From contig CAXXMV010000008.1 in NCBI GenBank assembly GCA_963662285.2, positions 832,001-896,000 of the forward strand: a stretch of DNA of 64,000 nt, given 5' to 3'. The notes beneath the pieces were generated by a model. The model was not told where the DNA came from, made no database searches, and worked only from the letters and a program-made list of their open reading frames with translations. Shown in pieces: positions 32,076 to 41,930 of this stretch. Every line of letters starts with the position of its first letter. Positions within the stretch are counted from its first letter, which is position 1. Made by a program: the position numbers and the translations under genes. The stretch is from a bacterium. GTDB lineage: Bacteria; Hinthialibacterota; Hinthialibacteria; Hinthialibacterales; Hinthialibacteraceae.

Positions 32076-33665
32076 TCAGCGTTTTTTGCTGAACATTATT
32101 ATTGGGGGCGGGGTTGAGGCTGGTTCTGTGGCCGGGCCGAATTGTACGGCGTAGATTGACCAGGCCAGGGCGTAAATTGTGTCGTCGTGTTGGCCTGCGG
32201 GGTGGCCGAAGGAGATTTGGCCGTTGGGGTTTCTGCGGTATTCGAAGGTTTGCAATTCCTCGAAAAATGTTTGGGGGAGATTGCCCGGTAATTCCAGCAA
32301 TTTTTGGCGTAACAGGCGGTGCAGCTCGTGAAATGCAGTTCTCTGGGCTGAGGCGGTCGGGTTGATTAATTGGGTGTTGATTTTTAATGACTCGCAATAT
32401 TCCGCCAAGCCCTTGCCTTGATAATTTTCCACTCCGGCGTGTTCGACGCCGTATTTATCCACTAAATCATTGACTGTTTTGCGCAGTTCGTTATCTGATG
32501 CGCGTTCCAGGACTCTCATATCCAATAATCTGAAGCGCGGTTCGGAATTTATGTCGTCGTCGGGCCACCATCTTGCTACTACGGCCAGGGCGTTGCGGTC
32601 GTGGGTCTGATCGTAGGACAGCGCCAGGTCGACTCCAAGCGAGCAGACCGCCTGGGGTGGAATTTTGTTCTGGTTGGGCGGGATGGTGTTGGCTTCGATC
32701 AAGCCGTTGAACATGCCGTAAGCGCCGTCGACCCATTCGCCCATCACTTCGGCGCGGAATTCCAACTCGTTTTTGGATTGGCGCAGGCGTTCGATCTCTT
32801 CGGCGGTTATGTTGGGATTGGCGGTGCTGGGGCATTGGATTACGGCGATATTTTTACCGTTTTCTTTGGCTTGGGCGGTGTAGCCGTAGACCCATGAGCC
32901 GGTGGTTGAGGGCGATGAGACGATGTAGAGGCGGCCTTTTTTTTCGGCGCTGGTGATCATGGCGTACTCGACCGCCTTGCGGATTTCGTCGCCATGCTCC
33001 ATGAAGCAGGCTTCGTCGAGGAAAATGGATATGCCCGATTCCTGGCCGTTGGTTTTGGGGTGGTAGCCGCGAATGGTGTCTGGATTGGCGGGCAGCAGTT
33101 TGATGGTGGAATCGTTTTTGAAGACCACCTGCTCGTTGGAAATGCTTCTGACCCATTGGTAGACGGGCGATTCGCGGATCAGTTCGATGATCCGGGCGCC
33201 GAAATCGGAGCTCATGCGTTGGCCGGACGAGACTACCAGTGCGATGTGGCGTGCGTTGATTATGGCGTAGAAAATGGCGGTTACGCAGGCGGCGATTGAT
33301 TTTCCCGCGCCGCGTCCCGCGATCATCAGGTTGATCCTTTTTTGGGAGAGGCAGAATTTTTTCTGGTGTTCATAGAGGTCGATGTTGAGCGCTTCGCTGG
33401 AAAATTTTACCGGGTCTTCGCTCCAGGAGTCGGGGATTTCGAATTTTGCGTCGGGTGCAGCTGCGGGTTGTTTTAACATGAACCTTTGCAGGCTCAAGTA
33501 GGTGTTGGTGCATTGAAAGGCCAGCCGGTATTGCGATTGCACCTTGGGATCGGAGATATCATGTTTCTGGTTGATTAATTCATCGGTGATATTATCAAAC
33601 AAGATTTCATGTGTTTTTGACATATTTTCTAAAACTGAATTGTTAGACATTTTCTTATCCCGCAT
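32076..33665 (-). CDS. Terminase large subunit-like protein (Terminase_6-type ATPase plus RNase H-fold nuclease), orphan
   Basis: Q motif LYEHQ; Walker A GRGAGKS; TIRG; Walker B IFLDEA; coupling motif VSSP; FRAEVMGEW; nuclease motifs GVDLA and HDD. Confidence 0.85.
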   Translation of the reverse strand: MRDKKMSNNSVLENMSKTHEILFDNITDELINQKHDISDPKVQSQYRLAFQCTNTYLSLQRFMLKQPAAAPDAKFEIPDSWSEDPVKFSSEALNIDLYEHQKKFCLSQKRINLMIAGRGAGKSIAACVTAIFYAIINARHIALVVSSGQRMSSDFGARIIELIRESPVYQWVRSISNEQVVFKNDSTIKLLPANPDTIRGYHPKTNGQESGISIFLDEACFMEHGDEIRKAVEYAMITSAEKKGRLYIVSSPSTTGSWVYGYTAQAKENGKNIAVIQCPSTANPNITAEEIERLRQSKNELEFRAEVMGEWVDGAYGMFNGLIEANTIPPNQNKIPPQAVCSLGVDLALSYDQTHDRNALAVVARWWPDDDINSEPRFRLLDMRVLERASDNELRKTVNDLVDKYGVEHAGVENYQGKGLAEYCESLKINTQLINPTASAQRTAFHELHRLLRQKLLELPGNLPQTFFEELQTFEYRRNPNGQISFGHPAGQHDDTIYALAWSIYAVQFGPATEPASTPPPIIMFSKKR

Positions 33666-33819
33666 TCGTTTTGGTTTTTAAAAAAAGCCCTCTACCAATA
33701 GGGAGGGTTTCCGCAAAAAAAAGGCTCTAAAGTGCATTTTTTGAAATAAGTTGGGTTTATTCAGGGGGTTAGGGGGATTAATTGATAATGAGGAGCATTG
33801 TTGATTATGGCGGGCATTC

Positions 33820-34603
33820 ATCATCGGGCAACCATAAAGGATTGCCCCTACGGATTATTATCGTTGGTGGTTTTTTTTGTCTGAATCTGGATTTTCTGGA
33901 TTGAAGGATGGGTAGGATTTTTTTTTAATGGGGTGATTATGTTCGAGGATTACTTTACATAATAAGTGGCAGCATCAAGGGCTGACCGCGTTGCGGTCTT
34001 GCCCTTGGCACCCGTATTTTTAGAAATAAGTGGTGTTTTTTAGTGTTTTGAGTATTTTTTTGTGATTAGGTTGTTGTTATCAACCCTCACCTAGCCTCTC
34101 CCAATCTTGGGAGAGGGATTCTGTTACTCGTTGGTGGGTTTTTTTGTCTGAATCTGGATTTTCTGGATTGAAGGATGGGTAGGATTTTTTTTTAATGGGG
34201 TGATTATGTTCGAGGATTACTTTACATAATAAGTGGCAGCATCAAGGGCTGACCGCGTTGCGGTCTTGCCCTTGGCACCCGCCCTTGGCACCCGCGCTTG
34301 GCGCCCGTCGCATAAACCGAAGGTGGAATCATCATCGGGCAACCATGAAGGATTGCCCCTACGGGTTATTATCGTTGGTGGTTTTTGTAGGGGCGCTTTT
34401 TATAGGCGCCCGGAATATCAGGCGCGTCGTGATGATTCAAGGATTTTTTTGGATTAATTAGGTGTTGGTGGTTGGTTTTCGGGGGTGGATTTTTGGTGGG
34501 TCGGTAAGGCGCGACCCACCCTACTGCCCTTGACTACACCTACGTTAATCCAATAACTTTTACCAACAAAAAAACACCGGATAACCAACTCCCCTCTCCC
34601 ACC
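33820..34603. repeat. Large REP mosaic (families A, B, C, D, E, F) with a duplicated block of about 140 bp
   Basis: About 33873-34013 recurs at about 34140-34280, and a related block occurs at about 47635-47745. Confidence 0.9.
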
Positions 34604-36110
34604 TGTACAGACCGGGTAGATGGGTAACACATGTTCGGGGACATGGGTTACAGTTTTTTATCAAAACCGGGATTTATCCCAGGTTATTGTTTGAGTTTTT
34701 TTTTAGGCATCTAGAGATGCTCAGGATAATTGGTTGGCTTAGAGGGAGGAGGTGAATATTTCACCTCCTGCATTATCCCTCGCACCTCGGATCGGCTATC
34801 CCTGGCGGGTTGCACTCCTGCAGCGCCCGCTTCCGTTTCGCCCAACCAATTTCTATTGTGACGCCTTTTTCTGGATTGCCAAGTTATCTTCTTTGATTTC
34901 ATTCAAACGCAGATCGAGCGTCTTGATTTTTTGTCGGCAAAAATATACGTCCATCATCCCATCGGTCATAGCGGGTTTCAAGGCAACCGGGCATCCTACC
35001 AGGGCGCGGCTCACCCGGTAATCTTCACCACGGTACGCCACCCGACCTCCTTGTTGCACCTTCCTGATAATGCTGCCCGGCGCGTACTCGATATCCGGCA
35101 AACTTCCCGGATAAACAAAAGGACTGGACGTATAATGGTTAGCCGGGACATCCATATCCAGGGCTTCGTGAGGACGCTCAAAATTGTATTCATAACGCCA
35201 CTCATCAAACCGCCTTTGGCAATATTCCAAATCCACAAACGATTCCCTTATCAGCAATTCTTGCTTAAAGGTCCGGTGAAATCGCTCGACCTTGCCTTGG
35301 GTTTGCGGATGGTAGGGGCGACCGTGATACACGCGAATACCCAATCGTATCAGCCATATTGTCAATCTGGTGTATTCGCAGGTTTTGCATCCTCCCCACG
35401 GACTTCCGTTATCCATCAACATCGCCCGAGGCATACCATACATCCTGAACACGCTTTCCAGGGAGTCTTGCACGGTTTCCCTTTGCTGATTGGCGCACGA
35501 AAATAATCCGGGAACAAAGCGCGTGCAATCATCCAGAATGCTGAGCGGATAACAGCGTGCTTTGAGCGTGGGAAAATCTCCTTTGAAATCCATTTGCCAC
35601 AATTCGTTGGGCGTATCTTTTTCAAAACGCTTATAGGCTTTGTGCTTGTGACTTTCCTTTTCATCCAGCAATCCCAGTCGGCGTAACACGGCAGTAATAG
35701 TGCTGGCGCTAGGAACATTTTCGTATCCCAATTGAATCAGACGAGAGCGAATTTTGCGTCCTCCCCATCCTTTTTCGCGATTTTCTGTAATGGCTTGCTC
35801 GATAGACTTATCTGTTTGATGAGGGCAAGTATTGGGTTTTTTGGAACGGTCTTGGAGATTTTCGACTCCTCCTTCTTTGTACCGTTTGATCCATTTGTAA
35901 CCCGTCTTACGGCTGATATCAAACCGTTTACATAATTGGCTGATGTTGCTTTCTTCTTGCTGGCTCAACAATACGAATTCTTTTCTCAGAGACATAAGGT
36001 CCACCTCGTTCCAGGGCATATTCTTCGCCTCCTTTCAAGGCTAGAATACACTCAGAAAATGTGTTACCTATGTCCCCGAACACCTGTTACCCATGTCCCA
36101 GGCCTTTACA
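34604..36110 (-). mobile_element. IS481-family insertion sequence, 1507 bp, with 5-bp target duplication CCACC
   Basis: TGT...ACA ends with long imperfect inverted repeats (TGTACAGACC..GGTAACA..TGTTCGGGGACAT); CCACC at 34599-34603 and 36111-36115. Confidence 0.93.
34853..36019 (-). CDS. IS481 family DDE transposase
   Basis: MPW start, HTH, PNELWQMDFKG, DNGSPW, HPQTQGKVERFHRT and RPHEAL motifs. Confidence 0.95.
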   Translation of the reverse strand: MPWNEVDLMSLRKEFVLLSQQEESNISQLCKRFDISRKTGYKWIKRYKEGGVENLQDRSKKPNTCPHQTDKSIEQAITENREKGWGGRKIRSRLIQLGYENVPSASTITAVLRRLGLLDEKESHKHKAYKRFEKDTPNELWQMDFKGDFPTLKARCYPLSILDDCTRFVPGLFSCANQQRETVQDSLESVFRMYGMPRAMLMDNGSPWGGCKTCEYTRLTIWLIRLGIRVYHGRPYHPQTQGKVERFHRTFKQELLIRESFVDLEYCQRRFDEWRYEYNFERPHEALDMDVPANHYTSSPFVYPGSLPDIEYAPGSIIRKVQQGGRVAYRGEDYRVSRALVGCPVALKPAMTDGMMDVYFCRQKIKTLDLRLNEIKEDNLAIQKKASQ

Positions 36111-36230
36111 CCACCGGGAGAGGGTCAGGGTGAGGGGGATTTTCAAACCACCGCCGGGCAAATCATCCGGTAGAAAGGGCTAAAAGCCGCGAAGAGGCAT
36201 AGCCCCATCAAAAAATCCCCGAAGTATATA

Positions 36231-37679
36231 TCAGGAATTTTCCGATGTAGGAACATTAAGATGAACCAGGTTGCCTTCGGCTTCAACTACTTTTTTCTCA
36301 AAGGTTACGTTCTTATTGCCTTCCCATTTCAGGGGATATTTACCGCTGAAGCAGGCGGTGCAGAATTTATCATGCGTTCCATCGGCCGCATTGAGCAGAC
36401 CATTGATTGACAGATAGTAGACCGAATCCACCCTAAGATGTTTCTTTATCTCTTCAAGCGTATGGGTGGCGCCTATAAGTTTGCCGCGTTCAGGCGTATC
36501 AATGCCGTAATAACATGGCTCAATCCACACCGGTGAAGCGATGCGTAGATGAATTTCAGCCGCGCCCGCTTTGCGGAGCATCTTGACGATTTTCCGCATT
36601 GTCGTACCGCGTACGATAGAATCGTCTACTATGATTACCCGCTTGCCTTCCAACACAGACCGGACTGGATTGTACTTTATCTTGGCGCCGAAATCTCTGA
36701 TGCTTTGGCTCGGTTCGATAAAGGTCCGCCCGATGTAATGGCTGCGAATGATGCCTTGTTGAAAGGGGATTTTTGATTCCAGCGAATATCCAATAGCCGA
36801 GCAAATGCTTGAATCCGGAATGGGAACCACTACATCTCCTTCAGTGGGACATTCGCGTGATAATACCCGGCCTAAATTCTCACGGGTGGGATGCACCCGC
36901 TGGCCGAATACATAACTGTCAGGACGGGAAAAATATACTAATTCAAATATACACTGTGCGATTTTAGATTCTTTGCCAAAGAAGCGGCTTTCGATCCGGT
37001 CTTTATGTATTATGAGCATCTCGCCAGGTTCCACTGTCCTGATGTATTCCGCTTCAATGATATCCAGGGCGCTGGTTTCTGAACAGAAAATGTATGAATC
37101 GCCTTTTTTGCCTAGCGAGAGCGGACGAATCCCCAGCGGATCGCGTAATCCGATCACGTATTGATCATTCATGATCACCATGGAATACGCTCCCCTCAGT
37201 TTTTTGAGTGATTCTTCCAGGGCTTGGATAAAATCAGAATGCTTGGAACGCGCCAGTAAGTGAATCAGAATTTCACTATCTGTAGTAGTGCGGAAAATGG
37301 AGCCTTCCGATTCCAATTCGCTGCGTAATTCCAGGGTGTTTATCAGGTTGCCATTATGAGCTACTGAAACCCAGCCGCGCTTGTATTCGCATAAAAGGGG
37401 TTGCGCGTTGGTCAGATCGCTTGCTCCTGTTGTGGAATAGCGTACATGCCCGATAGCACGGTCGCCTCGAAGGTTGTCCAGGGTTTCTCCTTCGAAAATA
37501 TCCGCTACCAGTCCCATCCCCACATGAGATGAGGGATGTTCTCCAGCAGCTGTAACAATCCCGGCGCTTTCCTGACCCCGGTGTTGCAAGGTATACAGAC
37601 CAAGGTAGGTCAAGTGGGAAGCTTCAGCATGACCAGAGATAGCAAATACTCCACACGCATCACGAATTTCATCTGACAT
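36231..37679 (-). CDS. purF: Amidophosphoribosyltransferase
   Basis: DACGVF, LQHRGQESAG, GHVRYST, VDDSIVRGTT and CYYGIDTP motifs. Confidence 0.98.
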   Translation of the reverse strand: MSDEIRDACGVFAISGHAEASHLTYLGLYTLQHRGQESAGIVTAAGEHPSSHVGMGLVADIFEGETLDNLRGDRAIGHVRYSTTGASDLTNAQPLLCEYKRGWVSVAHNGNLINTLELRSELESEGSIFRTTTDSEILIHLLARSKHSDFIQALEESLKKLRGAYSMVIMNDQYVIGLRDPLGIRPLSLGKKGDSYIFCSETSALDIIEAEYIRTVEPGEMLIIHKDRIESRFFGKESKIAQCIFELVYFSRPDSYVFGQRVHPTRENLGRVLSRECPTEGDVVVPIPDSSICSAIGYSLESKIPFQQGIIRSHYIGRTFIEPSQSIRDFGAKIKYNPVRSVLEGKRVIIVDDSIVRGTTMRKIVKMLRKAGAAEIHLRIASPVWIEPCYYGIDTPERGKLIGATHTLEEIKKHLRVDSVYYLSINGLLNAADGTHDKFCTACFSGKYPLKWEGNKNVTFEKKVVEAEGNLVHLNVPTSENS

Positions 37680-37925
37680 ATTTTTTCCGCCTATTGGATT
37701 TTTGGATATGCATTCGAAATGGCTAAACTAACATTACCATATAGTTGGAGAAATTCAACTATATATAGTATTTTAGCAAAAAAAAAGCACAATATAATGA
37801 TATTATCCATATATCGTGCACAGGAAAAGCGTGAAATAATCTGTAAATCTGTTTTATAATGAGATAATGCAATAGAACTGGTAAAGGTGGGAGTTTTGAT
37901 AAAATGATTAAGATTAAGATGCATT

Positions 37926-38276
37926 TTATAGTTCACTCAACCAATTCTTGACGACATTCGCCGCTTCTTGGGGCGATTCTTGTGAATACTGTTTGATAGA
38001 TTCTTGCATTTTCAATCTTCGCTGATCTTCTTTGGAAAGGGCGCCGATATTATCAAAATCATGAATGCCTAATTCGGTATTGGTGAGTTCGCGCCGCTTG
38101 GGATTATAGTGGGTAACAGGTTCAAATTGGATATTAAAATCTTCATTGGCGTCAATCTTTTTGGGCTTGAAATCAGTCCAGGCAAAATAATAACCGATGA
38201 TAATTACAATTGAGAGAAACGCGATTGGCGCCAAAGAGAAGAGTGTATCCACCAGCGTATTCATTATTTTGCTCAA
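37926..38276 (-). CDS. Small single-pass membrane protein with a FliF-like C-terminal helix
   Basis: One TM segment; ends ESIKQYSQESPQEAANVVKNWLSEL. Confidence 0.6.
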   Translation of the reverse strand: MSKIMNTLVDTLFSLAPIAFLSIVIIIGYYFAWTDFKPKKIDANEDFNIQFEPVTHYNPKRRELTNTELGIHDFDNIGALSKEDQRRLKMQESIKQYSQESPQEAANVVKNWLSEL

Positions 38277-38366
38277 AATGACTTTTTTTTGTTACAAACC
38301 GCTTAATTATATTTTCTCTCTCTTGGCGAAAAGTTCAAGGAATGAGCTCGAAATCTCTTAGGATAA

Positions 38367-39098
38367 TTATGATTGTTCGACGATTTCTTCTCCCGGTTCA
38401 AGTTGCAATTTAATACGAATGCCCCAAATCGCGAGATATACAAAGGGTGTGTCGATTAACGCCGCTCCCATTTTGAACAAAAATCCATTTTCTAATAAAC
38501 TTGGAAATCTTGACCACTCAATCACGCCGGATATGCAAAGGATCAGAAGAACGGTTAATGTATCGATTAATTGCGAACAGATCGTCGATGCGTTATTCCT
38601 GAGCCATAAGTGCTTCCCTTTGGTTAATCGTTTCCAAAAATGGAAAATCCTGATATCAATGAACTGCGCCAACAGGTATGCCGACATGGATGCGAATACG
38701 GCTGGTCCGAATAAACCGAAGACTTTGCTGAATTCCTGGTTTGATACCGGAGACCAGCTGGTCTGTGGAACATATTGAGCGACAATGACGATCAGCATGA
38801 CAAATATACTGGCGATGAAACCGGCGACGACTATTTGATCGGCCCGGCGTTTGCCATATATCTCCGACACAATATCCGTAACCAGAAATGTGATAGGATA
38901 GGGCAGTATGCCTACTGAAAGTTCGAAGGTATATGAAAAGAAAGTATGGTCGAACAGCTGAGGACTGAGCGTCCAGTGAAAGAATTTCTGGAAAATCAAA
39001 TTACAGGTCACCAGCGCCGCGATGAATATCGCGGCGCAGATTATAAATATCCGTTCCTGTATAATCACTGTTTTGGGATTCTTATTTAACTCAGTCAT
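38367..39098 (-). CDS. yhhQ: Queuosine precursor transporter (Vut_1 family)
   Basis: GILPYPITFLVTDIVSEIYG, AQFIDI.IF and LWLRNNAST..SQLIDT motifs. Confidence 0.92.
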   Translation of the reverse strand: MTELNKNPKTVIIQERIFIICAAIFIAALVTCNLIFQKFFHWTLSPQLFDHTFFSYTFELSVGILPYPITFLVTDIVSEIYGKRRADQIVVAGFIASIFVMLIVIVAQYVPQTSWSPVSNQEFSKVFGLFGPAVFASMSAYLLAQFIDIRIFHFWKRLTKGKHLWLRNNASTICSQLIDTLTVLLILCISGVIEWSRFPSLLENGFLFKMGAALIDTPFVYLAIWGIRIKLQLEPGEEIVEQS

Positions 39099-39244
39099 AT
39101 TTGTTTCCCGTTCAGAATAAAAAAAAGGTATATTGATGGAATCTATTCTAGTTAATAAGAATTATAGATAAATAGGCTTGAGTGTATAATTGGCTTCATG
39201 AATTGCATGGAATTTTGTATGGTGCGATTTATAATCAATAAACA

Positions 39245-39574
39245 ATGGAAACGGATGCGATGATAGGTAAAATGGTCGAAATCCATTTGCTCAATGGCAA
39301 ATGTTATCTGGGAAAAGTGACTCAAAAAGATCGTGAAGGCATTATTCTGTATTGTATTCCAGTAAAAGCGCTGGAAAGCGTGGCGCCCGGAAGCGGGGCT
39401 ATTGAGCAGATGAGCGAAATGCTGCATACCGTATTCTTCGCCTGGCAGCAGGTGGAGTATGTCGATATAGGCGGCGAGCCGGTTGGTTTTGATTCACTCT
39501 ATGCCAGCTGGTTCCATGAAAAATCGCTGGATGACTTTTTTGAAAAACCATTTTCTACTGAACGGGATCGGTAG
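39245..39574 (+). CDS. Hypothetical protein, possible Sm/LSm-like fold
   Basis: IGKMVEIHLLNGKCYLGKVTQKD.EGIIL resembles the Sm1 motif. Confidence 0.55.
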   Translation: METDAMIGKMVEIHLLNGKCYLGKVTQKDREGIILYCIPVKALESVAPGSGAIEQMSEMLHTVFFAWQQVEYVDIGGEPVGFDSLYASWFHEKSLDDFFEKPFSTERDR

Positions 39575-40045
39575 GGGCGTTCTTGATGGGTATGTCTTTT
39601 AGTTAAGGCTTGCCCGACCAGTTGTTTTCCAAGTGAGAATCATCGCCCCAGTAGGGGATGGTGGTAAAATCAAGATTCATGGAATCCGACAGCAAACCGT
39701 TTTGCCGCCAAATAGCATGCAGCGTATTTCACCCTATGGTTGGTGGTTTGATCAAGGGCTGACCGCATTGCGGTCTTGCCCTTGGCACCCAGTATTGCGG
39801 TCTTGCCCTTGGCGCCCAGCCAGCTGGTTCCATGAAAAATCACTGGATGACTTTTTTGAAAAACCATTTACTACTGAACGGGACCGGTAGGGCGTCTTTC
39901 ATGGCATGTCTTTTAGTTAAAGAATTTCATTCTATCGTTGGTGGTTTGATCAAGGGCTGACCGCATTGCGGTCTTGCCCTTGGCACCCAGCTGACCGCAT
40001 TGCGGTCTTGCCCTTGGCGCCCAGTATTGCGGTCTTGCCCTTGGC
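39503..40045. repeat. Duplicated gene 3' end (39503-39606 and 39819-39920) interleaved with stuttered family A hairpins
   Basis: Direct comparison: about 100 bp, with 3 mismatches in the coding part. Confidence 0.9.
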
Positions 40046-40070
40046 GCCCCATGTGGGCGCCCGAATTACT

Positions 40071-41930
40071 TTACTCTTCTTTTGTTTGTTTCATTACATT
40101 AACCCATAACACGGTGATATCAGCTGGTACGATTCCGGGAATTCTGGCGGCCTGACCTATGGTGGCGGGTTGCACGCGCTCGAATTTCTCGCGCGCTTCG
40201 TTGCGTAGGTTATTGAACTGGCGGTAATTAATACCGGGGGGGATGCGGCGCAGGTCGGCTTTCCGGTCTTCTTCTATTGCTTTCTTCTGGCGCTCGATAT
40301 ATCCATGATACTTGGTTTCGATTTCCAATTGTTCAAGTACTCTGGCATGGTAGGGTTTGATATCAACTCCAAATCGATCCAGGGCGGTTGATGTCATATT
40401 CTTGCGGCGCAGCACATGCAGCAGCGGCGTGGGTTGTGATATCTCGCCCAGTTCCATCTCGCCGAATAGTTCTCTAATTGATTCGCCGGGAACGATAAAC
40501 CGATGCAGCAGTTCCTCTTTTAACTTGGCTATATCGTTTTTCCATCCAACCACCTCTTCGTGCCATTCGCGGGGAATCAGGCCGACTTTATAGCCCAGCT
40601 CCATCAATCTGAAATCAGCGTTATCCTGCCGCAGCATCAAGCGGTATTCGGCTGATGAGGTGAATAGGCGGTATGGTTCTTCGGTTCCCTTGGTTACCAG
40701 GTCATCGCATAACACGCCGACATAGGCTTCGTCGCGTCCAAAGGTTACTGGTTCTTCTCCGGCGATTTTCAAGGCGGCGTTGATTCCGGCCACCAGCCCC
40801 TGGGCGGCGGCTTCTTCGTAGCCCGATGTGCCGTTGATTTGTCCGGCCATGAATAATCCACTGATTCGTTTGCTCTCCATCCAGGGGTAGAGGTCCTGGG
40901 GATTGGAGTAGAAATACTCTACCGCGTATCCCGGTTTGACAATTTCGGCGTTCTCCATTCCGGGGATGGTTTGGATATAGGCCAATTGCACATCCAGCGG
41001 CAGGCTGGTTGAGATGCCGTTGGGGTAGATCAGTTTTCCATCTTTTCCCACCGGTTCAATAAAAACCTGGTGCGAGGTCTTCTCGGGGAATTTCTTTACT
41101 TTATCTTCAATAGAGGGGCAATAGCGCGGCCCGACTCCGGTTATTTTGCCGGTAAACAGGGGTGATTTATCAAAATTATTGGCAATGATCTCATGGGTTT
41201 TTTCAGTAGTGCGGGTCAGGTAGCAGCATACCTGGTTTTGTACACGGGTTTCAGGATGATGTGAAAATGGCTGCGGTGGATCGTCACCTTGCTGTTTTTC
41301 CATTACGTCGTAGTTGATGCTTGATCCCAAGATGCGCGCTGGAGTTCCGGTTTTGAGGCGTCCCAAGGCCAGACCGTGGGATTGCAGGTTGGCCGCCAGT
41401 TGGTTGGAGGTGAAATCATCGATGCGTCCGCCCTCGACTTTATTGAAGCCGAAATGCATCAAGCCGCCCAGAAAGGTTCCCGGAGTGAGGATCACGGTGC
41501 GGCTTTCCAGGCGATGGCCTGAAGCATCGGCGATGCCGTAGACTTTATTATCCTTGATAAGCACCTCGGCGCCTTCTCCTTCGAGGATGTCGAGATTGGG
41601 CGTGGCTTGCAGGCGTTCGACCATGGCGCTGGTGTATAGATCGAAATCGGCCTGGGCGCGGGGCGAGCGCACCGCCGGACCTTTGGAACTATTGAGGATG
41701 CGGAAGTGGATGCCCGCTTTATCTGAGACATGGGCCATGATGCCGCCCAGCGCGTCAATCTCGCGCACCAGTTGTCCTTTGGCCACTCCGCCGATTGCCG
41801 GATTGCAGGACATCTGGGCGATGGTTTTTATCGAGAAAGTCAACAATGCGGTGCGGCGTCCCATCCGCGCCGCAGCCGAAGCCGCCTCGCATCCGGCATG
41901 TCCACCGCCAACAACAATTACGTCATACAT
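40071..41930 (-). CDS. mnmG: tRNA uridine-5-carboxymethylaminomethyl modification enzyme MnmG (GidA)
   Basis: GGGHAGCEAA, SCNPAIGG, RLKTGTP, GPRYCPSIEDK and GQINGTSGYEEAAAQG motifs. Confidence 0.98.
   Translation of the reverse strand: MYDVIVVGGGHAGCEAASAAARMGRRTALLTFSIKTIAQMSCNPAIGGVAKGQLVREIDALGGIMAHVSDKAGIHFRILNSSKGPAVRSPRAQADFDLYTSAMVERLQATPNLDILEGEGAEVLIKDNKVYGIADASGHRLESRTVILTPGTFLGGLMHFGFNKVEGGRIDDFTSNQLAANLQSHGLALGRLKTGTPARILGSSINYDVMEKQQGDDPPQPFSHHPETRVQNQVCCYLTRTTEKTHEIIANNFDKSPLFTGKITGVGPRYCPSIEDKVKKFPEKTSHQVFIEPVGKDGKLIYPNGISTSLPLDVQLAYIQTIPGMENAEIVKPGYAVEYFYSNPQDLYPWMESKRISGLFMAGQINGTSGYEEAAAQGLVAGINAALKIAGEEPVTFGRDEAYVGVLCDDLVTKGTEEPYRLFTSSAEYRLMLRQDNADFRLMELGYKVGLIPREWHEEVVGWKNDIAKLKEELLHRFIVPGESIRELFGEMELGEISQPTPLLHVLRRKNMTSTALDRFGVDIKPYHARVLEQLEIETKYHGYIERQKKAIEEDRKADLRRIPPGINYRQFNNLRNEAREKFERVQPATIGQAARIPGIVPADITVLWVNVMKQTKEE

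Noticed and set aside
31200-36200. Prophage
   Set aside because: Only a terminase-like gene is present; I recognised no structural, replication, lysis or integrase genes.
39099-39244. preQ1 riboswitch upstream of yhhQ
   Set aside because: I could not find the preQ1-I stem-loop with an A-rich tail on the minus strand. An Rfam scan would be decisive.
39503-39920. Diversity-generating retroelement VR/TR pair
   Set aside because: Only 2 of 3 coding mismatches are at A, there are indels downstream, and no reverse transcriptase is in the window.
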